A stretch of DNA of 63,716 nt, filler included, from Reticulomyxa filosa (Eukaryota; Protista; Foraminifera), in assembly GCA_000512085.1 (NCBI GenBank). It is 19 parts of 19 records of this genome, joined end to end, with 100 filler letters (N's around TTAATTAATTAA, not from the genome) between each part and the next. Parts side by side here need not be neighbours in the genome. Positions count along the whole stretch, not along the records: positions 1 to 1,842 come from ASPP01028119.1; positions 1,943 to 5,461 come from ASPP01018126.1; positions 5,562 to 8,103 come from ASPP01023637.1; positions 8,204 to 11,115 come from ASPP01025822.1; positions 11,216 to 15,474 come from ASPP01012014.1; 14 more parts are not named here. One strand, given 5' to 3'. Below, one piece after another: positions 1 through 12,998 of this stretch (position 1 is its first letter; each line of letters begins with the position of its first letter). The notes under the pieces are model-generated. The model saw only the letters and a program-made list of their open reading frames with translations. It was not told the DNA's origin and did not search any database. Both the position numbers and the translations under genes were made by a program.

Positions 1-665
1 AAGCCAATGGAAACCATTGATTTGGAAATATACAATCCCAATGATTGTATAATATTTTTTAAAGAAGAATAATAAGAAGAGTCAGAATGATCTGAATCAA
101 TATTTTCATCCGATTCAAATTCATCATCATAACTAGATTCATTTTCATCTAAATCAGAGTCAAATAAAATGAAATAATTTTTCTTTTTCCACACACTTTC
201 ATATTTCATAATCCAAATATGTTTATATTCAGTTGGTCCTGTCAATATTTATTCAGAATTCTTTTTTAAATAATATCTGCAAGTCTTGGAGAACCCAAAT
301 ATATATATTTGATTTTACAAAATAGTTAAATACATTTTTGGATTCTCTACGATGTGTAGATATTATTTTAAAAAAGAATTTTGAACAATAAAGACAAAAA
401 TATTTGTTAGAAGATGGTGATAAAATAAAATGTGAAATTTTTGAGAAATAAATATTTCGAGCGCACAATTTTTATGGACCAGTTTTTTTTTCGCATAACA
501 ATATCATTTCAATAAGGGGCTTTTTCTTAAAAAAAAAAAGAAATAATTTTGGAGCAGCAAGAATGATGAACAACAGATTTATGACTTACTGTTTTTATAT
601 GTACTGTTTTTTTTAACAAAAACACTTTCACACTACAAACAGGCGACGACAACAAAGACATTGAC

Positions 666-1109
666 TTGTTGTTGAACTTGAGTGCATTGAAGCTCAGTTC
701 ACAAGACAAGGAACAACAACAACAGCAGAAAGAGTTGAAACAGCAGCAAGAAGAGAAACAGGAACAGGAACGACGAGAAAGAGCGATTCAAAATTATCGA
801 AAAGAAAAAAAAATTCGTCGAGAAACGCTGTTGCGAGAGTGGCAACAGAAACGACAGCAAGAGTTGCAACAACAGCAAAAGCAAGAACAAGAACAAGAAA
901 GGCTGTTGCGAGAATGGCAACAGAAATGCCAGCAAGAGTTGCAACAACAGCAACAGCAACAACAAGAACAAGAAAGACAACGACAACGACAACAACAGCA
1001 ACAACAAGAACAAGAAAGACAACGACAACACAGCAACAACAAGAAAGACAGCGACAACAACAACAAAGACAACAACAAGAAAGACAGCGACAGCAACAAC
1101 AAGAGTTAA
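666..1109 (+). CDS. Low-complexity Q/E/R-rich coiled-coil ORF (possible terminal exon)
   Basis: 147-aa ORF built on CAA/CAG repeats, with the internal repeat LLREWQQK(R/C)QQELQQQQ. No family recognised. Confidence 0.35.
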   Translation: MLLNLSALKLSSQDKEQQQQQKELKQQQEEKQEQERRERAIQNYRKEKKIRRETLLREWQQKRQQELQQQQKQEQEQERLLREWQQKCQQELQQQQQQQQEQERQRQRQQQQQQEQERQRQHSNNKKDSDNNNKDNNKKDSDSNNKS

Positions 1110-1842
1110 TATCTTAAAATATTTTTTTAATTTTATTATTAAATATTTAATTTTATTTTTATATATTTATATTAATATAAATATATATGAAGATGGTTGT
1201 TGTTGTTGTACATCAAATAATTTCCATTGGAATCAATTTTGTTGTTGATAAATTGCACTTTTTCCCATTCCATGACTACTGCCACATTCCATTTTTCATT
1301 GCTTTGAGGATATAACAATGTTGAATGAACACCATTCCAACTCGTATCCAATATTATTCCGATATTGTTTTTGAATGTACTTGATATTCTATTTTCATCC
1401 AAATGTTTATCTACTAAATTTATCAATGCTTTATCACCAGTTGATGACAATGCTGATACATTGTACAAGTGTAAAGTGTAATTGTTCATAGTTGGTTTGT
1501 TGATACACCACACTGTTTGTGATTCGAAGATTTGTTATTATTAGAGTTTACATTCTTTTCCATTCTGCAATGATCTATCCACAAATTTGATCGATCATTC
1601 AAGCATAATGTGCATCCAAATCATGGATATTCATGTTCATCATTTTATATTTACTGCTGCTTGGATTATGAATTCACCACATCTTTGTTGTTGGTTACAA
1701 TACAGTTGTCCATCAAGACTTGACCACTTTTCTGTGCATTTCGATTAATATTTGTTATATATATATATTAATGGATTTAACAATTATGGAACAATCAATG
1801 TTCCAATTATATGTGGATGGAATATCTACAACAATAGCAGTT

Positions 1843-1942
1843 NNNNNNNNNNNNNNNNNNNNNNNNNNNNNNNNNNNNNNNNNNNNTTAATTAATTAANN
1901 NNNNNNNNNNNNNNNNNNNNNNNNNNNNNNNNNNNNNNNNNN
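1843..1942. other. Artificial contig linker (44 N + TTAATTAATTAA + 44 N), first of 18
   Basis: The identical 100-bp block with stops in all six frames also occurs at 5462, 8104, 11116, 15475, 18404, 20916, 22354, 24309, 31670, 32770, 33912, 36989, 42807, 48840, 58211, 61047 and 62582. Confidence 0.99.
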
Positions 1943-2879
1943 AGCTACTTTCCACAAGGCATGGTCTATCCAAAAGCACTTATGCTTTCATAACACAAAC
2001 TACGCACTCATTGACACAAGCAGCTCGCATTGCACACTCTAACAAACTCACATCAATATCCAAATCAAGACGTTGCCCATGGTCTTGTAAAGTTATTTTT
2101 TATTTTATTTTTGTCATTGCAATAATAATAAGATATGTTTTTGTTGTTGTATAGATCAACAATGGAGCAAATGTTTGGACTAACTAGATGGACGGCGCAT
2201 AATATTCGTGGCTGTGTGAATAAGTGGAAAATATCAATAAATGTAATATCTTGTGTTTTTTATTTGTGTTCATCTTGTAAATATATCTTGTGGTATTGCT
2301 TAAATAGGACCACCAGCTGTGATGAAAAGAAAAAAGAAAACGGGGTAGAAACCACCCCGTCTCCGAAAGGAGAAATAAAGGCTTGTTCTATTTATCTTTT
2401 TTTAAAAAATATGTTTAAGTTTTTTGCTGTGTGTTGTGTAACATAGGTTCCCCCGTCCACAATGCCCGTTACAATATATGTCCCATCCCCTTTACACACA
2501 CACAAAAAAAGAAAATCGGGGTTGAAACCTGCCCCCGTATCATCAATGATGCAAAATGGTTTGTGCTGTTTATTTATTTATATACATAGATATTGTTTTG
2601 TTATGTAACGTTGTTTGTTTGTTTGATTAAATAGGATTCCCCCTTCAAAAAAAAAAAGAATATATGTATACTTTATTTTTATTTATTTGTCCCCCCCTAC
2701 AAAAAAAGTATGTTAGTGTCTTTATAGGAAATATGTGCAGATGAATTCCAAATTATAGTTACAAATATTATTTTTTTTTGTATATTATTTAAAAGATTAT
2801 AAAAAGTAACTTTTTTGTGTGCATAGGTCAGTGATCAACAAAACCGTAGCAGTGTATGTGTTTGTATTGAAAGGGAGTT

Positions 2880-3065
2880 GGAAAAAAGGGAAAAATAAAG
2901 AATAAGATGGGAAGAAATGGAATAATAAAAGAAAAAAAAGGGGAAGAAAAAAAATAAATGTAGTAATAAGAAAAAAAAGTACTAAAAAGAAAGGAAAAAA
3001 GAAAAAAAGAAAAAGAAGAAAAAGAAAAAAAAAGAAAAGAACAAAGATGATAAATGAAAAAAAAT
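2880..3065. repeat. A-rich purine low-complexity tract
   Basis: Near-pure A/G run. A similar tract lies at ~37545-37890. Confidence 0.8.
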
Positions 3066-3199
3066 TTAGATTTGAAATAATTAATTTTTTTTTTTATTTG
3101 AAGTGATTATATCCCGAGCGGGATAACAATATAAATTAAGTAAGTTTTTCTCTTTGTGTGTGTTTGTTTAAAAAATGTATGTGTTGTTGAATGTTATAG

Positions 3200-5430
3200 A
3201 ACACGAAGATTGGCAATGTGTTCGTGTGAAAGCATTATATCAAAGACTGTTCGATGTGGCGAATGTATTTAAGTGGATTTGTGAGAAGTGAATATTCAAT
3301 GGACCAAAAAGCAAAGTGGTGGAGTCGCAATTGAAGAAGAAAACATGAAAATATCGCAGCAATGACTTAAACATGGAATGGACTATGTATGATAATCCTG
3401 TTGATTTGTTTGTTTAAAAAAAGGCCAACTGAATCCACATCAAATGATGCTTCTTCACAAATCTCGTGCACGGATTAAACAATATGGATTGACAACGACC
3501 CAATTGATCAGAGCAAGGAAAAAAAACAAAAATAGATCAAACAAAAGACATGGTTGTGTAGCAGAATTATTTTAATGGCGCTCAATTTCTTGCAAACAAT
3601 GAAAGATTTGAAAATGCTGCACAAGAAACACGTGAAAACTTGCGAAATATTGGAATTTGGCAAGCCGACGTTCACTTCGCTGCGAAAACAGTGGCAACGA
3701 ATTACCAATGAACAACTTTGTGATATCCATAACACTTCACGTCAAGTGTCTAATTGGGAAAAAGGTCAAGTTGTTATTGGGTCAACCTATAAATGGTGTG
3801 AGTTTTCATTCTAGACTACAAACAAACTATAGAGCACACTATTTTATATCTGCACACTTGTATATTTAAAAAAGAGAAATATATATATATATCTGTTTTG
3901 TTTCCTTTGTTTGAAGTGTTTCAATTGCTTGTTGACACAACTTGTATTTGACAGATTTTGGAACATTGCCCGATGGAAGATTCCAAATTCCAGCAATAAA
4001 CACAACAATTGTCTGCCAAATTTCCTTCATCCAAAGAATTTTTGGAAAAAAATTCTGGAATTACCCAAAGTAAGAGAATTGAATATGGCAATGGTAATCA
4101 GTGAATTTTAAAACAATCAATGGGGCAGTCACTTTATTTGATGTTGAAAAGCATATTTCGAATTTTCGTGAAATGTTAGTTGCCGCTATTCATGGAGCGG
4201 ATTCTACTACTGGAGAAGATTACCTGCATCTGGTTAGCAATTTATTCATCTCTCGAGCGAATCGTATCAAGTAAATACATGCCTCAAATGTGAACACATC
4301 ATTCATAATAATTAAAGTGGAACCTGATCACTTGCCAACACAATTACAAACAGCAAAGGTCATTAGTAAAAAAAAAAAAAAATATCAAGACAAATGTTTT
4401 ATTGATACGATTGTGAGGATGAATGCTATTCGTAATTTTGCGTATTTCATTTTTGGACAAGCAACTACGTCTGAATCATCTACTAATGCTTTTGGCACCG
4501 AGCAAAAGCAAGCAACAGAACAAATGAAAGTGAGAATCAAGAAAATGGTCAAGCCAGCAATGAAAATAAAAAGCGCTACTTCAAGAATTTCTTTTGGGCC
4601 TAAAAAAGCTGGCAAAATAAGAGACTATTTAATCAAATCCACAAAATCATAAAAGTGGGGAGCATCGACCTGGCGACACTGTGCATGCAGCTACAACCCC
4701 ATAAAACAACGACCCCACATCTTCAAAAAGTAGTGGCTAATACTGAACGTCTTAATGAGCAGTCTGGAGAAAGAACATCCGTGCGAGAAAATGGTTGAAT
4801 GCCTGTGGCCAAAGCGAAACAAGGAAGTATGAGCATCATCGCAGGAACAAGCGACTTTGCGCACTTTTAAACATGGAACAATTTCATATAGTGCGCCTCC
4901 CAATGAAAGCTATTTGATTGGTGTGACAATATCAAGCGCAGTGCCAGCCATGATGACGATGCACGACGACCACAAAACGCAGTCCATGTTCTCATCTATT
5001 CATTGTCAATTACTTCAATACATTGGACTGATGTTGTGTGTGTGTGTGCCAATATTGGATGCCGCTGTTGTTGGTGTGCACGGAAGAGAACTAATGCTGT
5101 TGTGTGGCCATTTATTACAAAAAACAGTAACATCGTGCCAATCGATTGATAATTGAATCGACAACTCAAAAGTGGATCCATTATTTGGCAAATCAAATCA
5201 AAAGTTTGGATATTGGCAATGCATTGGTGGCTTTGGGCCCTGTTTGGGCAATATTTTATGTCAACAGTCGAGCCCCCTCTCTCTTCTATACTCTCTCATC
5301 CCTTATCTCAAAGAAATCGGCGTTGTGGATACGAATGAATTTTTCGGTTATCAAAACCGAATTACTCGAATTCAAAACGTGAAATTGTCTGCCATTGGCA
5401 AGACTGCAAATAAAAAACAATGATAGCTCT
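3200..5430 (+). pseudogene. Decayed large protein-coding gene of unknown family
   Basis: Chain of protein-like + strand ORFs (3554-3814, 3911-4111, 4290-4652, 4857-5156, 5146-5382) broken by stops and frameshifts. Confidence 0.4.
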
Positions 5431-5561
5431 AGGGAAAGAGCCTTTCAATGATAATAGCTTCNNNNNNNNNNNNNNNNNNNNNNNNNNNNNNNNNNNNNNN
5501 NNNNNTTAATTAATTAANNNNNNNNNNNNNNNNNNNNNNNNNNNNNNNNNNNNNNNNNNNN

Positions 5562-6736
5562 GTTGTAGTTGTAGTTGTTGCATTTGATATATTTGTAGCA
5601 GCAATTGCTGTTGCTGTTGCTGTTGCTGTTGTTGTTGTTGTTGTTGTTGCTGCTGTTGCAACTGTTGTAGACGTGCCTGGAAGTGGATTCGAGGACGATG
5701 GCTTGGGCTCCGACGCACTTCCCACTATACTGCCGCTGTTCGCCTCTGGGATTTGTGGAATATCATCTCTCAACAAAGAGTTGGAAGAGGAAGAGGATGA
5801 CGACACGCTGGACGCGTCGTCCAGGTCCGCATTGGAGTCAAGCACTTGCTTCTCTGCTTTAGTCTTGTCATTGTCTTTCTTTATAGTCCCTTTCCAATTG
5901 TGCTTTTCAATGTTCTTGCTTTCTTCTTTTTTTTTGTTCTTGTCCTCTTTGTGTCTTTCATTTTCTTTACCCTTGTCCTTGTCATTGTCCTTATTCTTGT
6001 TCTTGTTTTTGCTCTTGTCTTTGTTCTCATCTTTAGTCTTATTCTTATTCTTATCCTTATCCTTATCCTTGTATTTATCTTTGTCTCCATTCTCTCTTTC
6101 AAATTTATTACCCACGTCTTCCTCATTTTCGTCTTCATTATCATCATCATTGTCATTATTGTTATCATCATCATTATCATCATCATTATCATCATCATTA
6201 TCATCATCGTCATCGTCATCGTCTTCTAGTCCGCTTTCTTCCGAACTCACCGATTCGAACACACAGTCATTTTGACTTATTTTGTCCAATAAATGAATCC
6301 GCTTTTGGTCGTCGCGAACAAATTGAGGATATACATTTGGCAACATGTTTGTTTGCTTAGTCTGTTGTGTTTCATTTGTTTCCTTTCTTTCCTTTGCTTG
6401 TTTGTTTTTTCAATGTTGCCAAACATCAAATGCAAACATTTTTACATTTAAATGGGATCCGCTATCATTTTCCAATGCCATTGACCTTGCTGCTGCTGCT
6501 GACATTGCGTCTTCGAATGCACTTAGCTTAAACGCTGTTGGAGGTATTGTTGGTCCCGCCACGGTTCCTGGCACACGATTATTTGGGATCCTACAGACAG
6601 GGGGAGGTGTCGATCCAATGTTTGCCATTCGGTTCGCTGCTGCTTGGATATTTATACCTACTCCTTGCGACGCGGAGGTGCTCTGAATCGATTTATTCAA
6701 AATTGCATTGCGTTTTCTTTGTGTTTTCTGCTCCAT
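5562..6736 (-). CDS. Intrinsically disordered acidic/KD-repeat protein (2 exons, 3' truncated by contig end)
   Basis: ORF 6410-6736 can be joined by a GT..AG intron (~6450-6362) to ORF 5510-6346 (TKQTNMLPNVYP...). Contains poly-D/N, (KD)n, poly-S and poly-T tracts. Confidence 0.6.
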
Positions 6737-7386
6737 TTTGATTAGGAGGGAAACAATAAATCAATGCCCGAAAAAAAAATAATCAAGGCGGGCTCTCGAA
6801 CAAGAGCAGTCCTTACAAATCAAATGAAAATTTACAAAATTTAGAATATTATTTGGAGAATAACTTTTACTAGCAATATTTTCCATTCCGATTATTTTAA
6901 TCCTTAATCAACAGTGTAAGTTTCAGTGCGATACTACGTTTGCAACTTGCGATTTAAAATAAAATGCATTGACTGACAATTTTTTGCATAATTTCAGGTC
7001 AAAGAGCGTGTAATTAATTTTGAATAAAATAAATAAAAACAATAAAAAGTTAGGATATATCTTTGTTATGCCAAACGCGAACAATAAGATACATGACTTG
7101 TTTGAATGTACGAAAAAAGTTTTATAAGGTAAGAAAGAAAACAGTGGGGAAAACAAATATCACATTTTTTTTTTGATACATAAGAAGCGCAGGGATGTAT
7201 TTTTTGGGCATTCGTTTGCATAATCTCATGTATGAAATTATGAAGTAGTTTTAGAGGGCACTTGAAGAACATGCGGAGAAAATTTTGTAACACTTCATAT
7301 GCGTAATAAGGGAGAAAAAGCAAACAATAAACAAATGATTCATCAAAGGCGTGTCTTAGTTTTCAAAATCTCCACAGTGAATTTTT

Positions 7387-8103
7387 TTAGGTTTCTTGTT
7401 TCTCATTTGCACTACTATTTATTTTGTCTTTTTCGACATCAAGAGGTGCCGCGGTGTTCTGTTGCAAAGGATGGTTGGTCTGTCTGTCATTTGGCTGTTC
7501 CAAATAAGCAAATGTTTTAAGTCGATTATTGATAGTACTTTCAGTTTGATGACTTCTTCCAGTCGACATTATTTCATTTGTTTCTGTGCCTCTTGTTTCT
7601 TCATATTTTTCTTCACCTTTTTTAAATTAAAAAAAAAAAGAGTAACATTTATTCTGTAAAGAGAGTGTGCATGTGAATTATAACATATTTGGATTATACA
7701 AAACGGAAAGGGTATTGTTCTTGTTGGGTATTCGTTCCGTAATAAGAAGGATGAAGAAACTGGGTTTGCAGCTCTTCTTGCAGCGTGGCATAGTGTTCCA
7801 ACTGTCGAACCAGCTGCTCCACCATGGACTGGTGAAATCTGAGTTGCAGCTGTGTGATTCTGGAGAGATGTTGCAAATGCTGCAGTGAGCCGTCCAGCGT
7901 TTGTCCATCTATGAACATTGGGTTTTCCAAATAAGATTGAAACGGATCCATGCCCAACGAAGGTACAGGTGGGAAGAGAGAGGAGGGAGCTTGGTGAAGC
8001 ATTTGTGGTGGCAATCCGCTTGTTGAAAAAAAAGAGCGTTATCGAAAGTGTGTGGGAAGGTGGTGTCCTGTTCCTGCTGTTGCTGTTGCTGTTGCTGTTG
8101 CTG
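7387..8103 (-). CDS. Hypothetical Q/P-rich protein, 3' exons
   Basis: ORFs 7694-8014 and 7387-7569 are separated by an intron-like AT-rich gap. Poly-Q lies at the contig edge. Confidence 0.45.
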
Positions 8104-8227
8104 NNNNNNNNNNNNNNNNNNNNNNNNNNNNNNNNNNNNNNNNNNNNTTAATTAATTAANNNNNNNNNNNNNNNNNNNNNNNNNNNNNNNNNNNNNNNNN
8201 NNNAAACAACTTCAGCTTATATCTCCA

Positions 8228-9285
8228 TTGACCGCACATAATCATTCAATAAAAAAAAAAGTCCAAAGAGGAAATCAATTGGAAACAGTGACAAAACTAC
8301 TTCGCGAACATCTGGAAATAAAAGATTGTAAATGGTATTTAACAGCATACAAAATCTGTTTTGTGGGAAGTGAGGCAATGTCACTGCCCGTGAGCTCAGG
8401 TGTAGCAAAGACACGAGGCAAGCAGTGGAACTTGAGAAGTTGATACTTGCGGTGAACGTCTTTTGCCACGTGATAAAAGATCACAGCTTTAAAAATGACA
8501 ATTTGCATTATCGTTTTATAATGGATGAAATCAGCCACGGCGAAAAAGAGAAAAACGAGGAATGTCTATTTCATGCTTGTGTTGGTATACGTTGATCCGA
8601 CTAAAGGAAAGGCGGTTGACGTTAAAATTGTCGGTGAACGTGCGAAAGAAAAAAAGTGGAATAACTCATTGCCAACGAAGCGTTGGTCGCAACAGGGAGA
8701 AAGCACAATGTTGAAAATATGGAATTAAAAAAGTCATGTGTTAAATTCAATGTTTATAGATGAATTGATGTAAATGACTATTTGCAAACTTCCAACAATA
8801 TATATGCCGTTAGCTACACTCGCCGGTGCAATAGCCAGAATGATCATTTGCAATGCTATGTCCTTTGGTCGTGCCAAATGCAGTGATTTGGTTATCCAGT
8901 GGCGCACGTATAAATTTCCGGAAGTGGCACATGTGGGGTTGCATAAACGAGATCTACAAACCCGTCGCATCGACTATGATTTGATTAAAGTAGACTTGGA
9001 TCACAATGATAGAGCCATTTGCGAAGATGAGACTGGTGGATTTGTCAAAATGTTGATCAAAAAAAGTTGGACCAATCTTGGGATGCTCTATTGTTAACAA
9101 AAACGCTGGTAATCAAATAAATGAAGTCACTCTAGCCATCAAACTAACGCTGGATTCGGGTTCTTTGCGTGAGTTATCCTTACTTATCCAACTGTAGGAT
9201 AAGCTGTCAAAGTTGCTGGTGATGCTTACAATTGCACTCGATTGACCACTATTACAAAAGCCTTATTGTGATAATGGCCCTTAGA
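8228..9285 (+). pseudogene. Mercuric reductase-like / dihydrolipoamide dehydrogenase-like flavoprotein disulfide reductase pseudogene (C-terminal half)
   Basis: Read across frames: EALVATGRKHNVENMEL..., IDVNDYLQTSNNIYAV, ARMIICNAMSFGRAKCSDLVIQWRTYKFPEVAHVGL, DHNDRAICEDETGGFVK, LGCSIVNKNAGNQINEVTLAI, TYPTVG*AVKVAGDAYNCTRLT. These are the FAD-binding and dimerisation motifs, with several stops and frameshifts. Confidence 0.85.
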
Positions 9286-11215
9286 AAGTTTGTAGTTATT
9301 TTTTTTTACGTGCTTCTGTATGTATTGTCTTTTTTAAACAAAAAGTGTAATGTATTTATATATTGAAAGATTGAAAGAATGGATAATCCTAAAAAGCAAG
9401 CAAAAAGTAGTGATAAAAGGGATAAGCTCACATACACGTGCTTTATTTGCTAGAAGTGGAAAAAATTGTGGCTTAGAGAATGAATATAATGCAATTGCTT
9501 ATATTGATGAAATTCATGTTGTGTGAATGTAGATAGAGTCGCTTTAATACTATCTGGTACTTTAGTCAGGAAATTAAAATTATCTTTGTTGGTCTAATTG
9601 TATGTAATATGGATTGTTTCACATATTGCTATTTTAATAGTTTTGAATGATACTTTATGCAAAAAAAGAACTTGACATTTTGCTAAGCTGTGCCGACACC
9701 ATTGCACTAAGATTATTTGATATAAGTTTTATTTTTGTTTTTAATTTTTATATATTGCTTTGATTTTTTTGTCTTTTTTTTAGAGATCAATCTACAGTTT
9801 AGAAGATTTATGAACCGAACTAAGCTAAGCGAAATTTGTATCAAGACCAATTTACAATCCAAAATTTTCAAACTACAGATAAACACTGGCAATGCTGCCT
9901 TTTTTACTTTTAGAGAATCTATTTATTTTGCCACAAATGAAGCGAACCAGAACATTGCATTCTTTCATTTGAGATAACACATCAATATTGTCTTTCGGAG
10001 TATGGTCTATATATAAGCAATGAGTATTTTCTAAAGACGCAGAATGAACGAACAGATGATTGTGGTCCTAGTGTGATAAGACATCATGATGCCACACATG
10101 ACCTGCAGCCGAAGATACAAATCTCGGAAGACTCTTGTCTTCTCTGACAATCAAATATTACAAATATCGAAGGATTTCCGGATCGTGTATGGAGTCATTT
10201 CATCATCGCCCTTGCCCAGTTCAGCTATATCAAAGGTTATCATTTTGTTTTCTCCACCCGTTGAAATATGGTCTACTAATTTTGACAGCGTTGCTTTTCG
10301 AGTATAAGACATTGTTTGTAATGTTTGCTTTGTTTTTGTTTCCACATTCACCATCCACTCGCAATTACGTACAATTTTTTTTTTGGAAATAATAAAGACG
10401 ACGTTATAAGTATTGAAGAAAAAAAAATTGAAATGCCAGTAGTTGGTTCGACATTAGACGCAGTGGTAGTAAATATAAGTTTGGCAAGCTTTTTGAACAA
10501 TTTATTTTTTTCATTGTCCAAATCTCATTCGTCCCACAATAATTGCTAAAGTTTGTAACTAAATTTTTTTTCATCCAAATATATTTTATTGTTTTTGTTT
10601 CTAAATTATTAATTGCCACATTAGAATACAAATTATTTTGAATTTACTGTTTTATTTCTAAATTCTTTTATTAGATTAATTCGAATCAATAACATTATTT
10701 TGTATTAACTAATTCAAGCTTTAAATTTTTTATAATCTTTTACTAGTTTTTCAATTCCAAATAACTATGACGAACAAGCTCTTCAAATATCAATTGCTTC
10801 ATCTTTATTAATTTTTCTCTTTCATCAATATCACACATACATGAAACTATTCTTTGATTTTTCATTTTATTTCTTTGACTATCATTTATATTCAATTACA
10901 TTATCAAAAATACGCTATGTACGAGATCACATTGATTACAATACTTTAAAATCACTTTTTCTTTTCACTTAACAATATATTCACTTTTATTTTTATGATA
11001 TAGATAAGTAGCCGTTCGGAAATGATATATCTCTCATTATGTAAAGCAACAATAACAACATCTATTATGATAAAGAAGGACATTGTAGACAAGTTGTCGT
11101 ATTTGTCTGCAATTGNNNNNNNNNNNNNNNNNNNNNNNNNNNNNNNNNNNNNNNNNNNNTTAATTAATTAANNNNNNNNNNNNNNNNNNNNNNNNNNNNN
11201 NNNNNNNNNNNNNNN

Positions 11216-11247
<32 letters not shown>

Positions 11248-11252
11248 AAAAG

Positions 11253-12253
11253 GAACAACCTATTTCGACAAAAATCTCCTTTTCTGCGATAATTACTCCG
11301 TCATCAAATTATCAGCAGCTTATAGCATTAAGACAAAGCAACATGCTACGTGTCTCTTCAGAAGGCTCGCAAGCGGACAGCGGAAATGCCAAACGTATAT
11401 GCAATCTTTTTTTTTTGTAAATGGGACTTTTTTTATCACGTACAATATACAATGCGACAATACAAAACAGGGTCAGACAATTCCGACAGTTTATTGCAAC
11501 CCACAGCTTCAATTTCTTCCAAGAAATCACATAAACAAAGGAAAAAGGATGAGAAACGCGTTCGAAGGGACAGCAATGCCAGTAATCACACTAATCGTAG
11601 TACATCCAAAGGAGGAACTTCAAGCATTTTGAATAACTTATCCAAACATCGAGGTGTCGTGTATGGTAAATATACCGGTAATATCGACATGGCTCATTGT
11701 GACTTTGATGTTCATCATTACCAACAATTACATAGCTTGACATTCAATTGGAGGGACCATGCTTATTCTCTATTACAAAGACATTATCCATTTGTTGTAG
11801 ACAGCATTGATCGCTGCTTTACACGATCGTCCACCATGACTGACAACAAAATCTCAGGAAAAGAAATTCAACGTGGTACAGAGAGTATTCGTGTAGCTAT
11901 TTGGAAATGTGTCCAAGCATTTTATGGAATCAGAGATGATTCCTATGATTATAGAAATGTAAGCCTTTTTCATTCCAAAAAATACAATAAAACAGCCATC
12001 TCACGTTTTACGTGCATACAATTTTTGTTTTTTTTACCAGGTCAACATTTTTTTGGAGCCAAATCTGAAGCGTTTTTTGAAAAAAATTGTATGCCATCCA
12101 CCAAATGTGACCTATCACGACCTTCACCGGTTGGGAATCAAATTTGAAGATTACGAAAGAATACACATCGGCATTTTGGCAGTTGAGGCCAAAAGACAAG
12201 CAGCTTTATTGTATGGGTTACGAGCTGTCATGAGATACACTTCAACAAGATGA
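11253..12253 (+). CDS. SESN: Sestrin (PA26 family), C-terminal part
   Basis: FNWRDHAYSLL, IRVAIWKCVQAFYGIRDDSYDY, GT-AG intron 11959-12040, then VNIFLEPNLKRFLKKIVCHP...ERIHIGILAVEAKRQAALLYGLRAVMRY. This matches the sestrin C-terminus (EARMQAALLYALRAITRY). Confidence 0.93.
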
Positions 12254-12998
12254 TACTTTTTCTGGTGCTTTTTTCTCTCCTTTTTTTCTTCTCTGATTAT
12301 ATACACATATTGGTATGTGAGAAGACATCTTTTTTCGTATCTTTATTTTATTTTTGTTTTATGTTATTTCGACAAGCCGAGAAGAGTTATCTTGGCATTT
12401 TTGAATTTTTTATCTTCAACTTTCTTGGCTCTTTTTTTATTGTTGTCCTTGTTCCTTTGATGATATTGTTTGACGCAGTAGTACCTTTACCTTCACATAT
12501 CATAAAAATGATTTTTTTTAGGTCTCATTATTTAAACCAGGAAGTTTTTTTCCCACTTTGCATTGAAAAAAAAGCACAGTTTGTGATGTGATAGTATTTG
12601 TGTATGTGGCTTGGTTCCACGTGGAAGCCACTTAACAAACGTCACCGCTTATCGTTTTTTACATGTTTGTTGTTTGTGTTGCATTTGCCTCCTTTTTTTG
12701 TTTTGGCTATGACAAAACTACAATGGAGGCCATAGTTCATCTTTTGAGTTTACTCTGGGTGGTGTCCATCCACTTAAATGTCTTTGTTGAAAATCTTGGT
12801 GGGGGAGTGTGGTTCGCAAAGAAAAACGATTCACGTCAGAATATGCACAACAATAAAACTTTCTCAAACAAAATTTGCCATCAACACACAAAAAAAATGG
12901 TCACAAAAAAGTCACACAAACATTTTTACGACAAAAAAAAACAGTACGGTTTATGCTATTTAAAGTGCACAAACCAAAATTCATGGAAAGATTAATAT

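Noticed and set aside
180-245. Minus-strand KHIWIMKYESVW, reminiscent of Kelch-like repeat proteins
   Set aside because: A single short motif in a broken frame is insufficient to call.
699-1117. Poly-Leu, poly-Cys and poly-Thr ORFs (also 5673-6275, 15791-16211, 16588-16962)
   Set aside because: They are alternative-frame or antisense translations of trinucleotide microsatellites.
9365-9530. Short frame ending AYIDEIHVV, resembling a Walker B motif
   Set aside because: It is isolated, with no Walker A or other helicase/AAA motifs nearby.
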